Part shown: positions 17,467-25,159 of the stretch, piece after piece | Layout of the letters: each line of letters begins with the position of its first letter | Position numbering within the stretch: the first letter of the stretch is position 1 | Position numbers and translations under genes: made by a program | From: Cuniculiplasma divulgatum | Lineage (GTDB): Archaea; Thermoplasmatota; Thermoplasmata; Thermoplasmatales; Thermoplasmataceae | Assembly: GCF_900083515.1 (NCBI RefSeq) | Contig: NZ_LT671858.1 | Location: 1,740,001 to 1,772,000 of the forward strand | DNA: 32,000 nt | Direction of reading: 5' to 3' | Notes under the pieces: generated by a model | Database searches by the model: none | Seen by the model: the letters and a program-made list of their open reading frames with translations, nothing else | What the model was told of the DNA's origin: nothing

Positions 17467-18881
17467 TCACCTTTCAGTATGCTTCTGAGGAGTGCGTTCA
17501 TTTTCCCTTCGCAAAAGTCATTGAATCGTTTATCATCATAGATTGCTATCGTGTTTGCTCCACCTTTCACGGGTTTCGATGTTATTCCTTGTTCCGCTAA
17601 CTCCCCTATTAAGACTTCAGCATCGTGAACATCAGACCCAATAGCTCTAAACGAATCATAGAGTGTGCTTGGAACAAATGGGTTATGTGCTCCTAGAATT
17701 GCCCACTCTGCGTAAGATTTGAGTTTATCCCTTTGAGAAGATTCTATCCATTCTTCTATGTCGAGTTTTCTGAGTAATGCCCTCAGAGGGGCCGAATACA
17801 TTTCACCCCACCAATCGCCCTTGGAACTAAAGGCCTTTGTCTCATTCCCGAGTTGTGCGTCTGTAAGAGCTTTGTATACTTGTTTTAGCGTCTCTCGAAA
17901 CAGAGGTGAACTGGTCACAACACTGGTTGTGTATGTAATTTCATAGTCAATATTGAATTCTTCAACGAGATCCCTTGGTACCTCATTCCACGAAACACCC
18001 ACACTTGGAAGTTGAATTCCTGAATATGGGTAATTATTCAAAAATCCTGATAAGTCCGCTCTATCAACAAATCTCCCCATTTGCCCCAGCAGGGAAATTA
18101 AGAATGCTGAGTCACCGTACTTTCTGATGATTTGTAACAGCTTTTCCTCTTTTTCTCTGATTCTTTCGTCTATGATCCGTTCAGCCAAGTCACGCCCGTC
18201 TCTTGACAAATAGTAAATTGATTGCCTTCCAGTGTCATAGCTTCTTCCAGGTCGGTCCTCGAAAATAAGATTCCTAGCTCTCAGATATAGTACCTCCCTC
18301 GGCACCTCTGTTGATCCATAATACTCTGTTCCAACTGTTCCTTGTGCGTAGAACCCGAGATGTATCCCTCCTAACGCAGTTCGAAACACTATGTCCTTGA
18401 CCATATCAACATCAAGCCCCTGGTCTCGAATTTCGTCAATAAAATCAGGAAGTGGATCTTTGGTACCAGTCTGGGGCTCTCTGTCTATTCGTTTCTTGAA
18501 TTCATTAAACCATGTCCGTTTGTTTTGATTCGTAAATTCCCTTATCTTGGCCTCAAAAGCCACTTCTTCGTCTGGAGGACGTACAATCTCTATACTCTTT
18601 CCATTTACATTTGTAACCGGTCTTAAAGATAACGTATCTGGATCATCGGTCATAATCAGTCTCCACTTAAAGCTAGGTGTTTTAGCAAGCTTAGCCGCAT
18701 CATGTTGAAAGTCGCTGGAAAGCTCTACCTCAATTCCAATGTCTGGGGCTATCTTATTCTTAAAATAGCCCACCACATCTACCCTTTCTTTGGTATCCAA
18801 AGGGAATTCAGTATCCGGAAGAATGTAGTAATAACTCAATATCTGAACACATTGTTGTTTGATTTCTTCGTGCCTATCCAT
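17463..18881 (-). CDS. hypothetical 472-aa protein; N-terminal region with a PD-(D/E)xK-like pattern, then probable winged-helix-like regions
   Basis: Long uninterrupted ORF with no competing frame. The ERVDVVGY...DIGIEVELSSD arrangement resembles a restriction-endonuclease-fold core. No family recognised by eye. Confidence 0.65.
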   Translation of the reverse strand: MDRHEEIKQQCVQILSYYYILPDTEFPLDTKERVDVVGYFKNKIAPDIGIEVELSSDFQHDAAKLAKTPSFKWRLIMTDDPDTLSLRPVTNVNGKSIEIVRPPDEEVAFEAKIREFTNQNKRTWFNEFKKRIDREPQTGTKDPLPDFIDEIRDQGLDVDMVKDIVFRTALGGIHLGFYAQGTVGTEYYGSTEVPREVLYLRARNLIFEDRPGRSYDTGRQSIYYLSRDGRDLAERIIDERIREKEEKLLQIIRKYGDSAFLISLLGQMGRFVDRADLSGFLNNYPYSGIQLPSVGVSWNEVPRDLVEEFNIDYEITYTTSVVTSSPLFRETLKQVYKALTDAQLGNETKAFSSKGDWWGEMYSAPLRALLRKLDIEEWIESSQRDKLKSYAEWAILGAHNPFVPSTLYDSFRAIGSDVHDAEVLIGELAEQGITSKPVKGGANTIAIYDDKRFNDFCEGKMNALLRSILKGE

Positions 18882-18937
18882 GAGACTTCAACATTGGCAT
18901 TGGTAAATAACTTTTGCAGATCATGGGCACTCAGTGC

Positions 18938-18977
18938 GTATTCCCTTAAAACTTTAATCAAATCCCGACCGGTCCAT
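18938..18977 (+). repeat. 40-nt array repeat, copy E (39/40)
   Basis: GTATTCCCTTAAAACTTTAATCAAATCCCGACCGGTCCAT; between the start of the 472-aa ORF and the 3' end of relE. Confidence 0.9.
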
Positions 18978-19032
18978 TCTTACTGAAATTGTCTTTCGTG
19001 ATTTTAAAATACTATATAAAAAGGGAGGCTTG

Positions 19033-19287
19033 TCATTTGTAGATGTTCCTTCTGTGACCCAGTGATCTGACAACTATAACTCTCCTATTTTCTTCAATGT
19101 CGGCAATCACCCTGTAGTCACCGACTCGAAGCTTGTACTCGGTCCTCCCGACCAACCTGACAAAGAACCTGTGTGGATCACTTCTAGTGCTTTCTATTTT
19201 CTGGATAATCCTCTTAGCTAAGGGAATGTCCATGCCTCGAAGCTGAAAAAGAGATTCCTCTGAAAATTCAACTTCAAAGTTTGTCAC
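19033..19287 (-). CDS. relE: RelE/ParE-family toxin
   Basis: 84 aa; ...YKLRVGDYRVIADIEENRRVIVVRSLGHRRNIY is the canonical RelE/StbE C-terminal signature. Confidence 0.85.
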   Translation of the reverse strand: MTNFEVEFSEESLFQLRGMDIPLAKRIIQKIESTRSDPHRFFVRLVGRTEYKLRVGDYRVIADIEENRRVIVVRSLGHRRNIYK

Positions 19288-19526
19288 TGTATTCCCAACT
19301 GTTTCTTCACTTCTTCTACTGTGTGGGTCTTCTTCTCTTTCACATCAAGGAGACCCCTAAGCAGAGATGCCCTGAAATCCTCAGTGTAAACCCCCTCATC
19401 ATCACCCTCAGGAATTAGTGACATGAGTGCATTCAGCAACTCATCATATGTCATTCTCTTGTATGCCCTTAGTCCATTCAGTTTCTCTCTTGTGGATCGG
19501 CTAATCTGTATGGTTGTATAATCCAT
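19284..19526 (-). CDS. ribbon-helix-helix-like antitoxin partner of RelE
   Basis: MDYTTIQISRSTREKL... N-terminal beta-strand motif. 4-nt overlap with the relE start. ATG at 19524-19526 preferred over the track start at 19592 because the intervening DNA carries phased TGTATA repeats. Confidence 0.7.
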   Translation of the reverse strand: MDYTTIQISRSTREKLNGLRAYKRMTYDELLNALMSLIPEGDDEGVYTEDFRASLLRGLLDVKEKKTHTVEEVKKQLGIQ

Positions 19527-19553
19527 GTATATACCTTGTATACCCAATGTATA
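19515..19553. promoter_or_regulatory. four TGTATA hexamers at exact 11-bp spacing over the relBE start/upstream region
   Basis: TGTATA at 19515-19520, 19526-19531, 19537-19542 and 19548-19553. Confidence 0.3.
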
Positions 19554-19658
19554 ATTGCAATATAATTCTTGCCTTTTCGTCAATTTATACACGGGTGCAG
19601 TAATGTTTGGGCATTATGAGATAAGGGATAGTTTTCTTATATTCATGTAAAGCAGAAA

Positions 19659-19698
19659 GTATTCGCTTAAAACAATAAGCAAATCCCGACCGGTCCAT
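19659..19698 (+). repeat. 40-nt array repeat, copy F (37/40, ACAATAAGC variant)
   Basis: GTATTCGCTTAAAACAATAAGCAAATCCCGACCGGTCCAT. Confidence 0.9.
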
Positions 19699-19861
19699 CC
19701 TAACTATGGTAGAACTCTCCTATTGACGAAAGTATTAAAATAAGTTCGTTTGCAAGTAATCCAGAACTCAAATAATTCAAACGTATTACGGTACATAACG
19801 TGTATAAGCACATAAATCGTTATATGTAGAATATAGATGACATATAATACCTAAATCAAAA

Positions 19862-19987
19862 TCCACAACGATTCAACTGGACAGGTCTGTTGTAGATGCT
19901 CTTAAAAAACTTAAAATATATCGACGGGAGACTTATAGCGAGATCATTCTTAATCTCATAAAAGTACTGAAGAAACAAATGAGTTAG
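19862..19987 (+). pseudogene. RHH-like antitoxin paralogue without a canonical start codon
   Basis: Reads STTIQLDRSVVDALKKLKIYRRETYSEIILNLIKVLKKQMS-stop, similar to the antitoxins at 19284-19526 and 22976-23197. The frame opens after TGA 19838-19840 with no ATG/GTG/TTG. Confidence 0.4.
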
Positions 19988-20062
19988 AATCCTTTGTACA
20001 AAATGCCTAGGAAGAGAAGATGAAACAGCTCTGGGAAAAAGGTGATTACTCGGGATGGGAAC

Positions 20063-20317
20063 ATGCCTGAACCATGCGATGTTGTAATAACAAGGGTGAA
20101 ATTTACCGATTCTGATGATTCTAAAATTCGTCCCATCCTTATATTGTTAGAGGAATGAGGTGGTGTTGTCCTAGCTTGGATCACAACTAACAGAAGAATG
20201 AACGGTATAATAATATCCCGGAGTTATGAAGCTGCTCAGGATAGTGTGATGAAATTGAATTATATCTTTACCATTACAAATAAAGCAATAATTAAAACAG
20301 TATTTCATTTGAATTAA
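20063..20317 (+). pseudogene. MazF/PemK-like toxin gene with an in-frame TGA (20156-20158) and a premature TAA
   Basis: MPEPCDVVITRVKFTDSDDSKIRPILILLEE-stop-GGVVLAWITTNRR...SVMKLNYIFTITNKAIIKTVFHLN fits the MazF pattern (GD.V...F.......K.RP..VL ... ITT ... S.V....I.TI). The homologous copy at 23891-24073 reads on past the TAA. Confidence 0.55.
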
Positions 20318-20557
20318 GAAAAATAAATTTGGTTTTTGACGAGCTCTCAAAAAGTTTTTTGCATTGAAATATGATTGATAAATTCCTGTTATTAAAATTT
20401 TTTGAGGAAAAATCCATCAGGCTTGCAATTTGGAGAATATCACCACAATGAAGTATACATGCCAGATGTGTGAACCACATTTATATCTAAACCCTCATTT
20501 AGACTCACGATCCATAAATTATTTATCATTGTCTCACTCTGCTGGAAGCATCACTTA

Positions 20558-20592
20558 TAGTCTCTTTAAAACTCTATCAAATTGTACATCAT
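20558..20592 (+). repeat. possible degenerate copy (H) of the array repeat
   Basis: TAGTCTCTTTAAAACTCTATCAAATTGTACATCAT; the CTTTAAAACTCTATCAAAT part matches CCTTAAAACTTTAATCAAAT at about 16/20; intergenic, 45 nt before the ATPase start. Confidence 0.35.
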
Positions 20593-20636
20593 ACTAAACA
20601 TAAATTATAATAATATGTACAGTATACTATACAATA

Positions 20637-21944
20637 ATGGTAACAGTTGAAGATTTTAAGTACGTTTTAACGCTCTGGAATGGCCACAAAATACCTGGCC
20701 TTATAGAACGTGATATAAAAGTTGATCTAGATTCAAATAAGATAATTGCTATTGCCGGGTCAAGACGATCGGGAAAAACCTATGTAATGTTTCAATGCAT
20801 TAATGACCTTTTAAAAAAAGGCGTTAAGAAAGATAATATCCTTTATATCAACTTTGAGAACGAGAGACTTGTTGGAATAACAGCTATCAATCTAGACAAC
20901 CTTCTTATAGCCCATAGGGAGCTGTTCAATTCTGACGGGATAATGTACGTTTTTCTTGACGAAATACAGATTGTTGAGAACTGGGATAAATGGGTCAGGA
21001 AGATCTACGATACTGGGAAGTATCGTGTAATAGTAACAGGTTCCTCTTCTGAATTACTTAGTAGCGAAATAGCCACTTCACTTGCAGGAAGGAACCTCAC
21101 ATATATTGTGTACCCTTTCTCTTTCAAAGAATATGTTGATGCACAGGGCCTGAAAATTAACAAACTGCAAAAATATTCTTTTGAAAAAGGGGTAATTCTT
21201 AAGGCAATGAATGATTTTTTGGAGTTTGGATCATTTCCCGAAATAGCAATGACATCAAGCATATCCAGAAAACTGGAGATACTTTCATCTTACTTTGATG
21301 CAATTTTCTTCAAGGACATAGTTAGAAGGTATGGAATTAGGGATGTTGGAGATTTAAACATATTTCTCAAAATTCTCTCCAGCAGCTACGCCTCATATTT
21401 CAGTTCGGTAAAGTTGTTTAATTATTTCAAAAGTACTGGGAGAAAGATAAGTAGAGTTACATTGCTAAACTTCCTTGATTACTCGAGATCGGTTTTTCTT
21501 CTGAGTCTACTTGAGAAGTATGAAAAGAGCGTAAGAAAGCGTATTTCAATGCAATCAAAGACTTATATAATAGACACTGGTATTTCCAGACTTTTCTCTG
21601 ACATTGATAAGGGCAGGGCACTGGAAAATGCAGTTTTCATCGAGTTATCCAGAAGAAAAGAACCTATAGAGAGCATAAACTATCTTAAGCTTAAATCCGG
21701 TAAAGAAGTGGACTTCATTGTAGGCGGCAAAAATGGTGAGATCATACAGGTATCTTGTGAAGTGTCCCTACTAAGTACAAGATCTCGAGAAACCTCTGCA
21801 CTTGTGGAGGCTGCAAAGGGTCTTGGGCTGAAGTCCGGGAAAATAATAACCTACGATTATGAAGGAGAAGAATTAATTGATGGAATTTTAATTCATTACA
21901 TCCCATTCTGGGCTTGGGCTTTATATGATACAAAGCAAAAGTGA
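20637..21944 (+). CDS. AAA+ ATPase of the AAA_14/DUF4143 type
   Basis: Walker A GSRRSGKT and Walker B VFLDEIQ followed by W.KW. Length and C-terminal region are typical of this family. Confidence 0.8.
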   Translation: MVTVEDFKYVLTLWNGHKIPGLIERDIKVDLDSNKIIAIAGSRRSGKTYVMFQCINDLLKKGVKKDNILYINFENERLVGITAINLDNLLIAHRELFNSDGIMYVFLDEIQIVENWDKWVRKIYDTGKYRVIVTGSSSELLSSEIATSLAGRNLTYIVYPFSFKEYVDAQGLKINKLQKYSFEKGVILKAMNDFLEFGSFPEIAMTSSISRKLEILSSYFDAIFFKDIVRRYGIRDVGDLNIFLKILSSSYASYFSSVKLFNYFKSTGRKISRVTLLNFLDYSRSVFLLSLLEKYEKSVRKRISMQSKTYIIDTGISRLFSDIDKGRALENAVFIELSRRKEPIESINYLKLKSGKEVDFIVGGKNGEIIQVSCEVSLLSTRSRETSALVEAAKGLGLKSGKIITYDYEGEELIDGILIHYIPFWAWALYDTKQK

Positions 21945-22004
21945 GTTTATCCTCAAGATAATCCACAAAACTCTCGCTGTCCTGCTAGATATGTGTTACA
22001 TTTG

Positions 22005-22034
22005 GAATATCTCTTTAAAAGTTTGATCAAGTTC
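22005..22034 (+). repeat. possible degenerate copy (I) of the array repeat
   Basis: GAATATCTCTTTAAAAGTTTGATCAAGTTC; shares TAT-TC-CTT-AAAA-TTT-ATCAA with the consensus and TCTCTTTAAAA.T.T..TCAA.TT with copy H; intergenic. Confidence 0.3.
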
Positions 22035-22104
22035 AATACTATTCTTTGATCCCATAGTTATGAATGTGCAACCTGTCCGTTTAGCAAGATGAATAGGGAT
22101 ATAT

Positions 22105-22392
22105 ATGTATGAATTCACTCATCATATTATGGTAGGGTTTCATCCAATAAACAAGACTATGACTGTTGAAACCTTTATGTTCATAAGTTCAATGGTTGTA
22201 ATCGCGCTCGGAGCGCTGTTTCATTACCTACACTACTCTGCCTCAGTTTACCTTCCACTCTTCTTTTATGGTCTGGGAATATTCTTGCTTTTAGCAATAA
22301 TATTGTTCATTGGAACACTGCTGGCAGCAAAGAGTGGCAAGTTGCAGAAAAGAACGAGCGACATATGGAATAACAAAAAAGAGAAGCAATGA
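22105..22392 (+). CDS. small membrane protein (2-3 TM, basic tail)
   Basis: ORF track; hydrophobic helices then KSGKLQKRTSDIWNNKKEKQ; same layout as 7957-8175. Confidence 0.45.
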   Translation: MYEFTHHIMVGFHPINKTMTVETFMFISSMVVIALGALFHYLHYSASVYLPLFFYGLGIFLLLAIILFIGTLLAAKSGKLQKRTSDIWNNKKEKQ

Positions 22393-22431
22393 CCTTCGGC
22401 TCTTTGCCCCGGTTGATTTTAAAATCTAACA

Positions 22432-22575
22432 TGAATCGTTATCTTTATCATACATTATTCGTCTTCATTTTGTCAGCTGTTGCTTCAAATAATCAATGAT
22501 ATGGTCTTCATCTAAAAAATTCCACCGATTATCTGTATCTCCTTTAACTTACCTATGCAATAGGGAACATTCGCC
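22432..22575 (+). pseudogene. decayed paralogue of the MNRYLYH small membrane gene (8178-8387)
   Basis: ATGAATCGTTATCTTTA(T/C)CA shared start. Premature stop after 22 codons. Nucleotide similarity resumes (GATTATCTGTATC...TAGGGAACA versus GATTACCTCTACA...TAGGGAACA) and ends near 22575. Confidence 0.5.
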
Positions 22576-22782
22576 TCGTGCCCATGCGAGTGCTTGTTCA
22601 ATTGCTATGCGTGGATGGCTATCATCTGGTCTCTCCTCCTGGAAAAGATGAAGCACATGCTGAGCGCAATCAGCTGCCCACTTCGCAATAAGACGATGAT
22701 CAGAGTCATTAAGCGTTCCACCTCGACGTATGGTTACAAGCCTAAGATTCCGTCTCTTTTCAAAAATGTTCTGCTTGTCCAT
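22576..22782 (-). pseudogene. N-terminal fragment of a protein resembling a bacterial family annotated as putative immunity protein (WAADCA.HVL...RP..AIE.A.AWARGE)
   Basis: Track ORF 22549-22782. The family-like sequence ends at ...AWARGE, and the last residues are read from the neighbouring pseudogene. Locally more GC-rich than its flanks. Family assignment is from memory only. Confidence 0.35.
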
Positions 22783-22844
22783 AATAAGCCTCTCATACAG
22801 AATATTATACTGGGAGAACTTACGAATGTTTTTCCTTTTTGTGG

Positions 22845-22882
22845 TTATTGAGATAATACTTTAATCAGATCCAAATATCCAG
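22845..22882 (+). repeat. possible degenerate copy (J) of the array repeat
   Basis: ACTTTAATCAGATCC (22858-22872) matches ACTTTAATCAAATCC at 14/15 and is followed by ...ATCCAG where GGTCCAT is expected; intergenic. Confidence 0.35.
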
Positions 22883-22975
22883 ACACATTCTAAGCTGTAA
22901 ATCTGCCATATCGACCCCATTGAGATAAAAGTTCTGTATGACAAAACTTTATACTATCGATCACTATAGGCAACT

Positions 22976-23197
22976 GTGACTATTTCAACAATACAGGTAA
23001 AGCAAGAAACAAAGAAAACACTACAGTCAATGAAACTGCATCCTAGAGAAACATATGAGGAAGTAATAGAAAGGATGATTGAGGATCTTAACGAACTAAA
23101 CGAGGAGACTATAAGGGAGGTGGAAGAAGCTAGACGTGAAATCGAATCTGGCAAATTTGTCACCCACGAACAACTGAAGAAGGACCTAGGTCTTTAA
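22976..23197 (+). CDS. RHH-like antitoxin (GTG start)
   Basis: TISTIQVKQETKKTLQSMKLHPRETYEEVI..., paralogous to 19284-19526; overlaps the relE start by 1 nt (TAATG). Confidence 0.75.
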   Translation: MTISTIQVKQETKKTLQSMKLHPRETYEEVIERMIEDLNELNEETIREVEEARREIESGKFVTHEQLKKDLGL

Positions 23198-23451
23198 TGG
23201 ATTATAGAATAGTATGGTCCATTCAGGCATCCAAGCAGTTGGAACGCCTTGACAGGTCAGTTGCCAAGAGGATTCATGAAAAAGTTGGACAATTGTATCA
23301 AAACCCAGAAAGGTATGTTGAGAAACTTGTTAGATATCAATACTACAGGCTTAGGGTAGGGGATTATAGAGTGATTCTTGATATTCAAAATGAAATGGTT
23401 AGAATATTGATTTTAAAAGTCGGACACAGGAGCAATGTCTATGAAAGGTAA
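23197..23451 (+). CDS. relE: RelE/ParE-family toxin
   Basis: YYRLRVGDYRVILDIQNEMVRILILKVGHRSNVY signature. Confidence 0.85.
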   Translation: MDYRIVWSIQASKQLERLDRSVAKRIHEKVGQLYQNPERYVEKLVRYQYYRLRVGDYRVILDIQNEMVRILILKVGHRSNVYER

Positions 23452-23465
23452 TTTTCTATTCCTTA

Positions 23466-23505
23466 ATATTCGCTTAAAACATTAATCAAATCCCAACCAG
23501 TCCAT
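23466..23505 (+). repeat. 40-nt array repeat, copy G (36/40)
   Basis: ATATTCGCTTAAAACATTAATCAAATCCCAACCAGTCCAT; begins 15 nt after the relE stop. Confidence 0.85.
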
Positions 23506-23554
23506 TTTACGAACTTCATTTATATCGAATTTGCCACATATTTTTGGATTTCTT

Positions 23555-23782
23555 CTATTGTTTGTCTTTGGATTCTAACCGGAGAGTATCGTCATAGTAC
23601 TCCCGTTCTCGCCTGGTCAGACCATTTTCAAAATCAATGCTTCCTCTTAAGGACTCAAGTATATTCTCCTTGCTCTGCGATTTTACCAATCTATCCAGAA
23701 GTTCGCTAAAACTCTCATTTTCCTTTTTGAATGCATGTAATTCTTCTTAAACTGACTTTTTTATGGAAATGGTTTTGGTCGT
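23555..23782 (-). pseudogene. RHH-like antitoxin paralogue with an in-frame TAA and no start codon
   Basis: Minus strand reads TTKTISIKKSV-stop(23747-23749)-EELHAFKKENESFSELLDRLV...REREYYDDTLRLESKDKQ-stop. Confidence 0.4.
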
Positions 23783-23890
23783 TACATGTGTTTATGTTTA
23801 AACATTACATTAATTTTTATAACCTCCTCGACAAAATTATTTTATTATATCATATTTTATTCTCTCACCGTAAATTTTACTCAAACATGA

Positions 23891-24073
23891 CAAAACTATA
23901 ATGCCATTACGAATGAAGGGGCTGCTCATGATAGCATGATTAAATTGAACTATATCTTTACAATCACAAATGCAGCCATAATTAAAACAGTATTTCGACT
24001 GAGCCCAGAAAAAAGGAATTTGGTTTTTGACGAACTCATGAGTGGGTTTTCTGCTCTGAGATTTTCTTGGTAA
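23891..24073 (+). pseudogene. C-terminal fragment of a MazF-like toxin, paralogous to 20063-20317
   Basis: About 115 nt (23921-24037) align at roughly 80 percent with 20231-20346. It reads ...DSMIKLNYIFTITNAAIIKTVFRLSPEKRNLVFDELMSGFSALRFSW-stop. The frame opens directly after a TGA and the N-terminal half is absent. Confidence 0.55.
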
Positions 24074-24163
24074 TAGAATGCTTAATTTTTTGAACCGTTT
24101 AAATCTCGTTTCTTTTGTTAAAACAGTAATTGGGTATTCGGTATTGAGCAAACATTCTTTTTT

Positions 24164-24188
24164 TTCTCTTTTAGTTTGATCACTTTGA
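24164..24188 (+). repeat. possible degenerate copy (L) of the array repeat (H/I subtype)
   Basis: TCTCTTTTAGTTTGATCACTTTGAC versus copy I TCTCTTTAAAAGTTTGATCAAGTTC; intergenic. Confidence 0.25.
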
Positions 24189-24315
24189 CTTTGAGTATTT
24201 CTAAAAATTTAAAGAAAATATTTAGGTGTGACTGATAAAAAATGACATTTTACAAGAACTTGCTTTAGAATTTTATTCCAATTAGTGAACGTGAATTCTT
24301 TCCGTTGAGTAAACT

Positions 24316-24840
24316 TCAGAGTGGAAGTTTTTTCCAATCCATCAAATCCTCATTGTTCAGGGATCTGATTTCCAGTTTTTCAAGAAGATCTAAAAATAGA
24401 TCGTCTTTGATTTCCCTTCCATAGACTTTATCCATAGAATGATGGAATAATGCTGATTTCAAAGCACTTGTTGTAATGGCCGACTGAAGGCCCGTTGCAT
24501 TATCTGCATCTCCCTTTATCTGCCTTGAGAAATCTCGTGATATATCATCTTTTTGTAGATCTTTAAGGAAATCATCGACTACGCTTTCAAGCATCTTGTT
24601 ATGTTCTTCCGCCATTACTATCCTGACTTTGTATGTTGGTTCAAAATCAATTTTTTCATCTTTCACCTTGAACCATTTTAAAGCATCTTTTTCGAAAAAT
24701 ACATCTGATATTATCCTTGCCACAGACTTTGGATCTGAGAAATCTACTCCTTTTGTAAGATCATAGGTAACAAGCGATCCATCGTCTGATATCTTTCTTG
24801 AATTTTCAATAGCTGATTTGAGGTTTTTTTCTTCTGGCAT
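24316..24840 (-). CDS. hypothetical protein (174 aa, acidic, soluble)
   Basis: Clean ORF with no competing frame; no family recognised. Confidence 0.55.
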   Translation of the reverse strand: MPEEKNLKSAIENSRKISDDGSLVTYDLTKGVDFSDPKSVARIISDVFFEKDALKWFKVKDEKIDFEPTYKVRIVMAEEHNKMLESVVDDFLKDLQKDDISRDFSRQIKGDADNATGLQSAITTSALKSALFHHSMDKVYGREIKDDLFLDLLEKLEIRSLNNEDLMDWKKLPL

Positions 24841-25052
24841 GATATTCTATATTGTAATCGAGTAATATAGATATTTTCCTCTAAAGGATTTAACACTGTA
24901 AGACTCCAAAAAACTTGTTTGCAGATTATCCTAACTATACGAAATTATATACTTACTGGATTTGTTAAATTGTCTTAACTTTAAGTGATATGGGTGAATC
25001 AAGCCGTCAATATTTATTATTCAATTCATTGCATAGTGTAAGACGCAGTTAA

Positions 25053-25091
25053 GTGTCATCCTCCCATCCCTCGATAGTGCTGGATTTCTCG
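25053..25091. other. diverged copy of the tnpB-downstream hairpin segment (orphan IS-end-like scar); an IS630-end-like 12-mer lies just upstream
   Basis: GTGTCATCCTCCCATCCCTCGATAGTGCTGGATTTCTCG versus 8456-8493 GTGACATCCTCCCCTCGCTAAAGCGTCGGGGCTTCCTG. ATAGTGTAAGAC at 25033-25044 is identical to 13561-13572. Confidence 0.3.
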
Positions 25092-25159
25092 CCGCAAATT
25101 CTAAGAGCTAATAGTGCCAATTGTTAAATAATTATCCCCGCTTATGTTAAAGAATAAAA

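Noticed and set aside
19984-20480. Minus-strand ORFs 19984-20184 and 20292-20480, and likewise 23837-24151
   Set aside because: They lie antisense to the MazF-like pseudogene sequences, which show clear family patterns on the plus strand.
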